A stretch of DNA of 64,000 nucleotides from IMG/VR virus record IMGVR_UViG_3300027628_000013, one strand, 5' to 3'. The first letter of the stretch is position 1; each line of letters opens with the position of its first letter. The position numbers were made by a program, and so were the translations under genes. Source of the stretch: a virus (lineage: Duplodnaviria > Heunggongvirae > Uroviricota > Caudoviricetes > Herelleviridae). This document shows positions 27,366 through 36,608 of this stretch, piece after piece. Below the pieces are notes generated by a model. That model did no database searches. It saw only the letters and a list, made by a program, of their open reading frames with translations, and was not told where the DNA came from.

Positions 27366-28544
27366 ATGGATAGAAAAGGTATTAACTTGCAACCTTCCCT
27401 TGGAAAGTTCAAGACTAACTATAAACCTCATAAGAACATGGGTGGGCACCTAGCGTTAGCTAAGGTGCTTACTGTGCATCATAAACATAATACAGCAGAT
27501 GTTCAATTGGTGAGAACTAAGGAAGTAATATCCTCTAGTGCGGATAATGAAGGTAGATTTGCGGCTAGAATAGGTACATCTACAGCTCACTTCAATCCTA
27601 CTACAGGGGCATCCTCAGGTATTGTAGAACCTATACAAGAAGGTCAGCTGGTGCTAATTGCTTTCCTTGATGGTAATAAGTCTAACCCTATTATCATAAT
27701 GAGCTTCCATGATACATTCGAGTCTAGCAATAACATCCTTCCTGACTACTACCCAGTCAACCCTAGAAACTCCATGGAAGAGTTCAGACAGGCTATGCAA
27801 TCGTTACATGTTCACCCTTCACAGTGGTATCGTCAGATTGATGGTATTGGTGCTATGGAGATGGGGCATCCTTCTAAGACTTTTCTAAAGGTTGACCCTG
27901 ACTTGTATGGAGAGATATCAGATGACCACGGTGGGTATGACCATGAAAACCTTGATGTAATTGACCCTATTACTGGTCTTCCTAGAGAGGGGCGTACAGA
28001 GCAGTCTGTTTTGCCTGTCAAGATGCTATTCTCCCACCGCTCAGGTACAAACCTAGTACCTACTGATGATGAGGACGTAGAGTTGGATGAGTGGGGAGAG
28101 CCTATCTACAAGATAGACCCCAAGTGGACAAAGTTCTTCATAGACAAGGACGGTCTATTCCGTGTGACAAGGGACAACAATGACGACACTTTGACATTCA
28201 CGGAGATGACAGCAGAAGGTGACTATCGAGTTCGTAGGCAAATTGACACGAATGAGCGAGACAAGAGCGAACATTATCTTGAGTTTTTAATTGGCTCTGA
28301 TGGTAGCATGACTGTAGAGCAAATGATAGAAGGACAACTGAACAAGTTTGAATTCTCATCTGCTGGACAAATTCTCCTAAGTCACTTAACTGGAAGCTAT
28401 ATGGAGTTCAGTAAGGAAGGCGATATTAATTTTAACGTGAAAGGTAAGTTGAATGGTCTTGGAAAGCTAGTTCACGTGGGATATGAACCACCTGAAGACC
28501 CTGAGGAGGGTATGCTTTGGATAGACCTCAATGAGCCTGAATAA
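27366..28544 (+). CDS. Baseplate protein (putative)
   Basis: Position within the baseplate module. RBS GGAGGTAATAAG. Confidence 0.4.
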   Translation: MDRKGINLQPSLGKFKTNYKPHKNMGGHLALAKVLTVHHKHNTADVQLVRTKEVISSSADNEGRFAARIGTSTAHFNPTTGASSGIVEPIQEGQLVLIAFLDGNKSNPIIIMSFHDTFESSNNILPDYYPVNPRNSMEEFRQAMQSLHVHPSQWYRQIDGIGAMEMGHPSKTFLKVDPDLYGEISDDHGGYDHENLDVIDPITGLPREGRTEQSVLPVKMLFSHRSGTNLVPTDDEDVELDEWGEPIYKIDPKWTKFFIDKDGLFRVTRDNNDDTLTFTEMTAEGDYRVRRQIDTNERDKSEHYLEFLIGSDGSMTVEQMIEGQLNKFEFSSAGQILLSHLTGSYMEFSKEGDINFNVKGKLNGLGKLVHVGYEPPEDPEEGMLWIDLNEPE

Positions 28545-28558
28545 TAGGAGGTGTGACC

Positions 28559-29308
28559 ATGCCAAGTCCTAATAACAGTCAAGATGATGGTAAAAATGCC
28601 ATAAAGCGGTTTGAGTTCGTGTACAAGGGGGCTACCTATAAGTTTGTATTGAATCCTGAGGAGTATACACAGATAGAACCAAGCCGTATCACAGTTACAC
28701 AAACTAAGGCAGGAGCGTGGGTAGACGACTTCGGTATGGGTATAGCTACTATCAACTTCAAGGGTACTACAGGATTCAAGAATGGTACCAGTGACCCTAG
28801 GAATGGATTCCTTAAGTTTAAGGAGCTTAGGGATATGATAAGACGGTACTACACTCATACTCCAGGTACTATAGTGAGTCAGACTGATGAGCTAGTGTTC
28901 CACAACTATACTGATGCAGAACACTGGGTAGTATTTCCTAAGACTTTTCAATTACTGCGTTCTGTGTCAAGACCAACACTATACCTGTATGAGGTTCAGT
29001 TAGTTTGTTTACGTAGAGCTGACCAACCTGCACCTACTTACACCAATGCTACTCCAATTGAACCTAAGATACGAAAGGTTACAGAGGAAACAGTCAAGAA
29101 GGATGATAAGAAGAAGGAGAAAGACGCTGAAACACCAGCTACTACTCCTGCTAGTGGTTCCTCAGGGGGCTCATCTTCTAAGAAGAAAAACATACCTACT
29201 AAAGGTGGAATTGGTGGTAAGGCAGGCTCAGGTACTAGTTCTAAGTCAGGTGGTATATACAAGGATAGCTTAGGTGACTCCTACGATTCCTTTGGAGGTG
29301 GTAGATAA
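28559..29308 (+). CDS. Baseplate or tail protein with a Gly/Ser-rich C-terminus
   Basis: Start reset to the ATG at 28559 (RBS AGGAGGTG). The C-terminus is GSSGGSSSKKK...GGIGGKAGSGTSS. Confidence 0.4.
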   Translation: MPSPNNSQDDGKNAIKRFEFVYKGATYKFVLNPEEYTQIEPSRITVTQTKAGAWVDDFGMGIATINFKGTTGFKNGTSDPRNGFLKFKELRDMIRRYYTHTPGTIVSQTDELVFHNYTDAEHWVVFPKTFQLLRSVSRPTLYLYEVQLVCLRRADQPAPTYTNATPIEPKIRKVTEETVKKDDKKKEKDAETPATTPASGSSGGSSSKKKNIPTKGGIGGKAGSGTSSKSGGIYKDSLGDSYDSFGGGR

Positions 29309-30615
29309 TGGAGGAATTATATCCTACAGTATCCGATGAGTTTATTAAAGAATACCTGAATCGTGACATCATAGATGATGTTTATGATTCAGTGTTCAAC
29401 ATAAGTGCTATCCTAGGAGACAAAGATGGGTGGTTGACCAAGCCCACAGCCAATCTAGCAGTTAGGGGTCTAGTCATTGATGCTACCGGAACCATACAGG
29501 TCTCTGTAGATGAAGAGGTGGGAGACTCCTATGGAGATGTCATTATAGATGAGCCTTTTGACCCTGTCATTTCTTACCAAGCTTACTTAACGTACTTGAG
29601 AATAGCAGAAAGCGATGCAGGTCTAGTGCTCCCTATATACACAGATACTAGCAAAGAGATAAACAGCCCCTTACTGAGGTATACCGAGAACGTATCTAAA
29701 ACAGAAGCCCTTGTTGCTAGAGCGCTATATGTTGAGCTTTATCACATCTACTTGGAGCTGTTGAACTACGTTGAGCCTAGCCAGTTCCTAGTTACAAGGG
29801 ATGACTTGAAAAGGATAGACAGTAATATAAGATGGCTGTGTTCTCGTGTGGGAGGGCTAACTAGTAGCTACTACGACCTAGTGGAAGTCCTTAGAGACAT
29901 GCAGGTGAGTCTCTCCTATATACAAAATCTAGACAGACTATTTGAACAAACAAAGTCTGTAGAGATGGAGTTACTAACAGGAGTAAAGAACATGAAGTAT
30001 ATGCAGTACGTTGTCAAAGAGGGAGATTCCTTACCAATGATAGCCCAAAGGATATTGGACGATGCAGGTAGATGGATAGAGATTGCTACACTTAATGACT
30101 TACAGTATCCTTATATTGTGAGCCTACAAGAAGCAATGCCTAACACAGCAGTACCTGGAGATACATTATCCATACCTATTCTAAGCAGTCAAGGATTAGT
30201 TAACATAGATGACTCCAAGACTCCTAGCTTTGGTACTGATATTCTTCTCACCAATGACCTTACTAACTTGTCCTTTGGTAGGGGAGGAGACTTTAAAGGA
30301 GACCTATACGGTGACCTTACTCTAGCTAAAGACGTTAAATCCCTGTCTCAAGACTTAATACATGCCCTAACTACTCCTTATGGCTCTCTTCCTTACCATC
30401 CTGAATATGGAAGTTTCTTCCTAGATATCATTGGTCAAAAGAATGATAAGAACATGGTAGACAAGGCAGTAATTGAGGTGTTACGAGTATTTAGGTCAGA
30501 TGCAAGGGTACAAGATGTTATAAATGCTGAGGTTGTTTCTGTAGGTGACACTGTACGTATTGAATGTGACGTAGTGACAGAAGCCACGGTAATCACACTT
30601 AAAGAAGTAATATAG
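29308..30615 (+). CDS. Baseplate protein containing a LysM-like motif
   Basis: YVVKEGDSLPMIAQRILDDAGRWIEIATLNDLQYPYI ... AVPGDTLSIP matches the LysM consensus. ATG overlaps the upstream TAA. Confidence 0.45.
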   Translation: MEELYPTVSDEFIKEYLNRDIIDDVYDSVFNISAILGDKDGWLTKPTANLAVRGLVIDATGTIQVSVDEEVGDSYGDVIIDEPFDPVISYQAYLTYLRIAESDAGLVLPIYTDTSKEINSPLLRYTENVSKTEALVARALYVELYHIYLELLNYVEPSQFLVTRDDLKRIDSNIRWLCSRVGGLTSSYYDLVEVLRDMQVSLSYIQNLDRLFEQTKSVEMELLTGVKNMKYMQYVVKEGDSLPMIAQRILDDAGRWIEIATLNDLQYPYIVSLQEAMPNTAVPGDTLSIPILSSQGLVNIDDSKTPSFGTDILLTNDLTNLSFGRGGDFKGDLYGDLTLAKDVKSLSQDLIHALTTPYGSLPYHPEYGSFFLDIIGQKNDKNMVDKAVIEVLRVFRSDARVQDVINAEVVSVGDTVRIECDVVTEATVITLKEVI

Positions 30616-30627
30616 GAGGTGTAGTAA

Positions 30628-31677
30628 ATGGGCTTTAAGATGAGAGGATTCAGAACAATCCTAGGTGAAATGGCTACTTGGATTATGACAAACAGTAAGA
30701 CTCTAACCAACTTCTATCCTGGGTCTGTTATACGAAGTGTTCTAGAAGCTATATCGATTCAGATAGAAGCACTGTATTTCCAAGCCCGTAAGGGCTTTCT
30801 TTCTGCTATTGAGGAGTCTATATTCAATAGCTTTGACTTTCAACGTGCTCTTGCTACTAAGTCTACAGGAGATATAGTAGTAACGTTTAGAGCACCCCTA
30901 GATCAGCGTGTAGTATTTGAGCAAGGGTTTGAGTTTAGTACTGTTCCTGTAAATGGGGACATTCTATACTTCCAAGTTATGCAGGATACCTATGTTGAGA
31001 GAGGGGCTTCTGAGGTTACTATCAAGGTAGAGTGCATGACCTCAGGTATCACAGGTAATGTTCCTGCATATGCTATACGTAGGGCTGTGCTGACAAGAGG
31101 GTATATCCTTGACATATTCAACCCTGCCAAGTTCTTCAATGGACTACCTGAGGAGACTACAGACCAACGTAAGAAACGATTCACAGACTTTGTTAACTCT
31201 TTAGGCAGAGCAACTATACACTCAGTGAAGTATGGGGTACTACAGATTCCTGAAGTTAAAGGTGTATACGTTAAAGAGGACACTGGTATCCTCACTGTAT
31301 ACGTGCATGACATAAATGGTCAACTCCCTGACGACTTAAGAACAAGAGTACAAAACGCTCTTGTAGATTACAAGTCTGGAGGTATCAGAGCCTTAGTTTC
31401 TCCAGTAGTTACTAAGACGGTTGACCTTGATATCACTGTAACAGTGGAAGATGGCTACGACAAAGAGATGTACCGTCAAATACTACAGAGCTCAGTAGAA
31501 GCTTACCTGTCCTATTACATTGTATCTAAGAACCTAGTTCGTGCTGAGTTGATTAGATTTGTGATGAACATAGATGACAGTGCTATTTTAAATGTTAGCA
31601 TAAACTTAACACAGGACATTGCAGTTGGAGCTAATGAACTGATAAGACCAGGTACAGTTGTAGTAACTGTACAATAG
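30628..31677 (+). CDS. Baseplate J-like protein (putative)
   Basis: Size is about 350 aa and it lies inside the baseplate module. The call is positional. Confidence 0.35.
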   Translation: MGFKMRGFRTILGEMATWIMTNSKTLTNFYPGSVIRSVLEAISIQIEALYFQARKGFLSAIEESIFNSFDFQRALATKSTGDIVVTFRAPLDQRVVFEQGFEFSTVPVNGDILYFQVMQDTYVERGASEVTIKVECMTSGITGNVPAYAIRRAVLTRGYILDIFNPAKFFNGLPEETTDQRKKRFTDFVNSLGRATIHSVKYGVLQIPEVKGVYVKEDTGILTVYVHDINGQLPDDLRTRVQNALVDYKSGGIRALVSPVVTKTVDLDITVTVEDGYDKEMYRQILQSSVEAYLSYYIVSKNLVRAELIRFVMNIDDSAILNVSINLTQDIAVGANELIRPGTVVVTVQ

Positions 31678-31688
31678 GGGGTGACCAC

Positions 31689-32378
31689 ATGGGACTCTTA
31701 CAGAAGTTACATGGAATATTCAACCGTAACTCTACAGGAGACCTGAAAGTCGTTACCACCGCTATAGACAACATACTGACTCAGACTGATAAAGACCTTC
31801 AAGCATTGGAGCTAGAATATAGCATATCAACTGCTACTGGGGAATGGTTGGATGAGTGGGCTACATGGTTTGGCTTGTATAGGAATGGTGAGGATGATGA
31901 AACCTTCCGTGCTAGGATAAAACTAGTATTACTCAAGACAAAAGCCACTATTCCAGCCATTATTCAGGAGGTTAAAAGGGTTATGGGGGATGACACCTAT
32001 GTTAAGGTGTTTGAACCCTATAACAACGTAAAACTACTCAGTGTGTCTACTCTTAGTGGTAAAGACCGCTTTCAGGATGGAGAATACTGGCGTATGTCTG
32101 TTATAGACATTACAATAGACAAGCCCATAACAACAGAAGTGATAGAAGCTGTAGATAAGATACGAGGTGCAGGTATCAAAGTACTATTCACCTATAATGC
32201 TTCTCCTGACATTGTGTATATGTCTGATATGACTGACCCTCTTTCAAATAGTGCTACCTTGACTAGTGCTCAGGGGGTAGCCACAGATGATTTCAGTGAC
32301 TCAGGTCTATCAGGAGGCACTACAGATACTAACTTATCAGGCTCTCAAGCTATATGGTCTGATACACAAAGTATATAG
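31689..32378 (+). CDS. Baseplate or tail fiber-associated hypothetical protein
   Basis: RBS GGGGGTG, positional. Confidence 0.35.
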   Translation: MGLLQKLHGIFNRNSTGDLKVVTTAIDNILTQTDKDLQALELEYSISTATGEWLDEWATWFGLYRNGEDDETFRARIKLVLLKTKATIPAIIQEVKRVMGDDTYVKVFEPYNNVKLLSVSTLSGKDRFQDGEYWRMSVIDITIDKPITTEVIEAVDKIRGAGIKVLFTYNASPDIVYMSDMTDPLSNSATLTSAQGVATDDFSDSGLSGGTTDTNLSGSQAIWSDTQSI

Positions 32379-32384
32379 GAGGTT

Positions 32385-32957
32385 GTGAAGATGCCAATAA
32401 AACCTAATGATTATAGAACTGCTAGGGCTTTGGATTTCTATAAAAAGACTAGCATTTATTTTGGTCTTGCAAAGACTACTGCATGGAAGGCTTCTGACTA
32501 TTCAGACCCTACTATGGCACCAGAAGACCCAGAGAAGAAGCCACCTCTACCTAAAGGTAGTGATACTTTCACTTCTGAGATTGTAGGCTATAGAAAAGCT
32601 GATAAGGTGTACTTAGTTGTTCCTTATAACGGTGTTGACGTGCTACCTTCAGGAGCGATTGTAATTGAGTATGCTGATACCAAATGGAGAGTAGTTAGTG
32701 AGTCTGATGCAAAGACAGAGAAAGTGAAGCATGTGTATGTGGAAACAACCATCCTTCCTACAGACTTTGCTACAACTACTTACCGTAAAGTTGCTGTTTT
32801 CTCAGGTCTTACTAGAAAGACAGGGGTAGACACAGGGAAGTTTAATTTGCTACCAACAGAGGTACAAGACCAAGGATTCATGGAAATTTTAGATTACAGA
32901 GTATTTAGTAATCTTAATGGTAATAAGGAATTTCTGAGCTTCATAACTCAGTTTTAA
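32385..32957 (+). CDS. Hypothetical tail protein
   Basis: RBS GGAGGTTG, positional. Confidence 0.35.
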   Translation: MKMPIKPNDYRTARALDFYKKTSIYFGLAKTTAWKASDYSDPTMAPEDPEKKPPLPKGSDTFTSEIVGYRKADKVYLVVPYNGVDVLPSGAIVIEYADTKWRVVSESDAKTEKVKHVYVETTILPTDFATTTYRKVAVFSGLTRKTGVDTGKFNLLPTEVQDQGFMEILDYRVFSNLNGNKEFLSFITQF

Positions 32958-32969
32958 GGAGGAGTTTAC

Positions 32970-35900
32970 ATGGCTGGAGAAGATATTAGAAAAGCTGGAC
33001 CATATAACGATGACTATGATCCTACCAAACAGTATACACATTTCTTAGCGGTGCCTGGACGTGTACATCAAGCTAGGGAAGAAACTAGTATCCAAACAAT
33101 GATTTTTGACTACCTAAAGAGGGTTTCAGATACATTGTTTAAAGATGGAGCTATCACACAGGGGATGGGCTTTTCTCTAAGCACAGATAAGGTTTTGACG
33201 GTTGAGGATGGTAGAGTATACCTGAATGGTAAGCTTCACTATTTCAAAAAGCAAACCTTACAAATTACTGGTGTAGGTACAGAGAAGATAGGAGTAATCC
33301 TAGATGAGACTATAGTAACTGAGGAGCAAGATGTTACCCTAACTGACCCTGCTGAGAATATGCAGAACTTTGGTCAAGCAGGTATGCATCGCTTAAAATC
33401 AGTTCCTAAACTAACTCTTAACAATTCCAGTGCCGCTACTATATACGAGCTAGAGGATGGACAACTTAAAGTTGAGGTATCAAGACCTAACTTTGATGGA
33501 CTTTCTGATACGTTAGCTAAACGTACTTATGATGAGTCAGGTAACTACCGTGTAAACGGTTTAGAGATTGTAGCGGAGCCTTATGATGCAAACAATGTGC
33601 AACTTACTGTTGAGGTTGGTACAGCATACATCAAGGGTTATCAAGTAATCAAGCCTGCACCTATCAAGAGAGTATTACCAATCTCTACTTCAACTCGTTC
33701 AGGTACTAATGAGCCTAAAGTCTTTAAAACAGGCACACTAGACTATGAGCTGAATAACTACCCTGCTAAGTCCATTACTAAGGTAGTATCCCAAGTTAGT
33801 GTTACAGAGACATTAACAAGAGGTGGAACAGCTAATGGTCTTGACTACCCTACAAAGTCTCCATTGGTGACTATTGATAGTATCGTTGCTGGGGGTACTA
33901 CTTATGTTAAGGGTACTGACTTTAAGCAGACTGGTGACGCTGTAGACTGGAGTTTAGGTGGAGCAGAACCAGCATCGGGTACTTCTTATACAATCACTTA
34001 CAAGTACAACAAGACAATGGCTAAGGACGTTGACTATCAGTTGTACTCTATCACAGGTGATTGGGGAGAAACTAAAGACTATGTACGCTTCAAGGCAGGT
34101 GGAGACAGACCTGTAGCAGACTCTACTTTCACAGTGGACTACGAATACTATCTTGGACGTATTGACTTAGTGTGGTTAGACCGCTTTGGTAACGTTGGGT
34201 TTGAAACAGGACAGCCTGATATCCCACGTTCAGTACAACCACCATTCTTACAAAATGCTGATGTTTTACCTTTAGGTAGTGTGTACTTCCCTCCTAACAG
34301 TGGTAATGCTGTAGCTAAGTTTAGCTCAGTGACTCGTTTGGAGATGGCAGAGTTACAAAGACTAGCTAAACGTGTAACTGACGTTGAATATAACCAAGCT
34401 ATTACAGAACTAGATAGACAGGCTATTGCAGGGGAATCAGCTTCTACTCTTAAAGGAGTATTCTCTGATAGCTTCCGTAACCCTAACAAAGGTGACTTAA
34501 CACACCCTCTATTCACTGTAATGTACTCTTTAGAGGATGGCTTGATTATGCTACCTCCTAACAGCACCAATGCAACTAAGCCTTCTATCAACACAGGGGC
34601 TTCAAGTGCTAAGGTGTGGGGACGCTTAATTACAGCTCCTATGACAGAGGTTGTGTCTATCAACCAATTCTACGCTACACGTTCAATGCAGGTCAATCCA
34701 TACTTAGCATTCAACACTCTTGCTAGTATGAAGCTAATACCTGAGGTTGATAACTGGATTGAGGACAGCTTCATAGAGGTAAACAAAACTGAGTTTGAAG
34801 CTAGAAAGTTCTATCGTTGGTGGAACCATAAGCTCGCTAGTGATGCTTGGAGATACAACGCCAATGCAGACTTAATGGACTTGATAGTAGAAGGTACTAA
34901 TGGTCAGAAGTTCTCTGATTGGAGAGGTGAAACCGCTTCTGTAGTTAAGACTGAGAAGTCTAGGGAAATCCTAGAGGAAGCCATCACTAATATGAGACAG
35001 ATAGAGGTTCAGATTAGTGCTTCTAACCTACTACCAAGTGCAGATAACCTAATTGCTTACTTCGATGGTATTAAGGTTACTCTGACTCCTCTTGCAGGAT
35101 TCTCAGCAGGTTCTACAGCAGGTTCAGTAAGAGCTAATGCTAGTGGTGAGGTTAAGGCTAAGTTCACTATTCCAGCAGGTGTAAGAACTGGTACTCGTGA
35201 GGTAGTGTTATCGAACGCTAATAACACAGCTACAGCACCATTCACATCTATTGGTACTAGAAGAACAACGATTAACACTATCACTACTACACGTATCACT
35301 GGTACTATCGTTGACCCATTAGCACAGTCATTCGAGTTCCCACAAGACACCGTATTAACTTCTGTAGGTGCCTACTTCTCTGCTAAGGATGCAACTAAGA
35401 ACGTTATTGTACAGATTCGTAATATGGTGAATGGATACCCTGGACAGATTGTATATGGTGAGAAGGTACTGAAACCAAGTCAGATTAATATCAGTTCTAC
35501 TGCCGCTACAGAGACTAAGGTTACATTCGATGACCCTGTTATGTGTGCGGCTAATGAACAGTACTGTATGGTGTTCTTAACTGATAGTGCTACACCTGCA
35601 ATGTGGGTAGCTGACCTTGGAGGTAAAGACGTGACTACTGGTACAGTGGTTGCTAACAACCCTTACCTAGCTGGCTTACTATTCAGTTCTGCCAATGCTA
35701 AGACATGGACAGCACACCAAGGACAAAACCTTAAATTTAAGGTATACACAGCAGAGTTCCAGCCTACAGGTACGATTGAGTTTGACCCTCTGTTTGATGT
35801 ATCAGCGGATAGATTGTTACTACTTTCTGACTACCTAACACCACGTAACACAGGTTGTGTTTGGGAAATGAGCTTAGACGACAAGCCTTATCAGCCCATT

Positions 35901-36344
35901 ACTTCTTACGAGGATGTTGACTTAACTACTGTTGCTTCTAAGGTTAAGCTTAGAGCTACGTTCAAGTCAGATAAGAATATGTCACCTCTGATGGCTTTGG
36001 ATAGCTTCACACTAGTATCCTTCCTATCAGCAACCTCAGGTTCTTATATTGGACGTAACACAGTGATGGACACATCTTATACTACAGTAGTACAGACGTT
36101 TGAAGGGTCTATACCTCAAGGATGCACAATTGTTCCACAATTGAGCTATGATGGAGGTACAACTTGGAAAACTCCTACTTCTACTGGTCAGACCCAAGTA
36201 TCAGCAGACTTCACTAGATATGAGTACTCGTACACAGTTCCTAATGGAACAAACGCTACTCAGTTTAGAGCAAGACTGAATCTGACAGCTAACAGTCCAG
36301 TCCTTAGACCTAAGGCTAGGAAGTTCATAAACGTTATAAAGTAA
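32970..36344 (+). CDS. Large tail fiber or adsorption-associated tail protein (1124 aa)
   Basis: Long, Thr/Ser/Gly-rich and beta-rich. Located after the baseplate genes. A terminator follows. Confidence 0.5.
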   Translation: MAGEDIRKAGPYNDDYDPTKQYTHFLAVPGRVHQAREETSIQTMIFDYLKRVSDTLFKDGAITQGMGFSLSTDKVLTVEDGRVYLNGKLHYFKKQTLQITGVGTEKIGVILDETIVTEEQDVTLTDPAENMQNFGQAGMHRLKSVPKLTLNNSSAATIYELEDGQLKVEVSRPNFDGLSDTLAKRTYDESGNYRVNGLEIVAEPYDANNVQLTVEVGTAYIKGYQVIKPAPIKRVLPISTSTRSGTNEPKVFKTGTLDYELNNYPAKSITKVVSQVSVTETLTRGGTANGLDYPTKSPLVTIDSIVAGGTTYVKGTDFKQTGDAVDWSLGGAEPASGTSYTITYKYNKTMAKDVDYQLYSITGDWGETKDYVRFKAGGDRPVADSTFTVDYEYYLGRIDLVWLDRFGNVGFETGQPDIPRSVQPPFLQNADVLPLGSVYFPPNSGNAVAKFSSVTRLEMAELQRLAKRVTDVEYNQAITELDRQAIAGESASTLKGVFSDSFRNPNKGDLTHPLFTVMYSLEDGLIMLPPNSTNATKPSINTGASSAKVWGRLITAPMTEVVSINQFYATRSMQVNPYLAFNTLASMKLIPEVDNWIEDSFIEVNKTEFEARKFYRWWNHKLASDAWRYNANADLMDLIVEGTNGQKFSDWRGETASVVKTEKSREILEEAITNMRQIEVQISASNLLPSADNLIAYFDGIKVTLTPLAGFSAGSTAGSVRANASGEVKAKFTIPAGVRTGTREVVLSNANNTATAPFTSIGTRRTTINTITTTRITGTIVDPLAQSFEFPQDTVLTSVGAYFSAKDATKNVIVQIRNMVNGYPGQIVYGEKVLKPSQINISSTAATETKVTFDDPVMCAANEQYCMVFLTDSATPAMWVADLGGKDVTTGTVVANNPYLAGLLFSSANAKTWTAHQGQNLKFKVYTAEFQPTGTIEFDPLFDVSADRLLLLSDYLTPRNTGCVWEMSLDDKPYQPITSYEDVDLTTVASKVKLRATFKSDKNMSPLMALDSFTLVSFLSATSGSYIGRNTVMDTSYTTVVQTFEGSIPQGCTIVPQLSYDGGTTWKTPTSTGQTQVSADFTRYEYSYTVPNGTNATQFRARLNLTANSPVLRPKARKFINVIK

Positions 36345-36349
36345 CAGAC

Positions 36350-36388
36350 AGTGTGAGTCTCTGAATATCAGGGGCTCACATTTTTTAT
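36350..36388 (+). terminator. Terminator after the 1124-aa fiber gene (TGTGAGTC...GGCTCACA + TTTTTTAT)
   Basis: Imperfect 7-8 bp stem followed by a T-run. Confidence 0.45.
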
Positions 36389-36428
36389 GGATATTTTGTA
36401 TTAGTCAATTGAACGGAGGTGTAGGTGC

Positions 36429-36605
36429 ATGCCAGATTATTATGTTGCTCCTAGTGGTATGGTGGTCTTTAAGCCTACCAAGGAGGAGAAGGAAGTACAA
36501 GATCTAAGAGAAACTTTACAAAAAGAGGTTGATGAGGTTAGAAGCCTTAAAGACGAGCTAATGAAAGAACTACAAGAAGTAAAGAAACTTAGAGAGGGGG
36601 AATAA
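36429..36605 (+). CDS. Small coiled-coil protein (58 aa) missing from the ORF track; possibly a fiber assembly factor
   Basis: RBS GGAGGTG lies 7 nt upstream of the ATG. The sequence MPDYYVAPSGMVVFKPTKEEKEVQDLRETLQKEVDEVRSLKDELMKELQEVKKLREGE has a heptad-like charge pattern. Confidence 0.4.
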   Translation: MPDYYVAPSGMVVFKPTKEEKEVQDLRETLQKEVDEVRSLKDELMKELQEVKKLREGE

Positions 36606-36608
36606 CTA

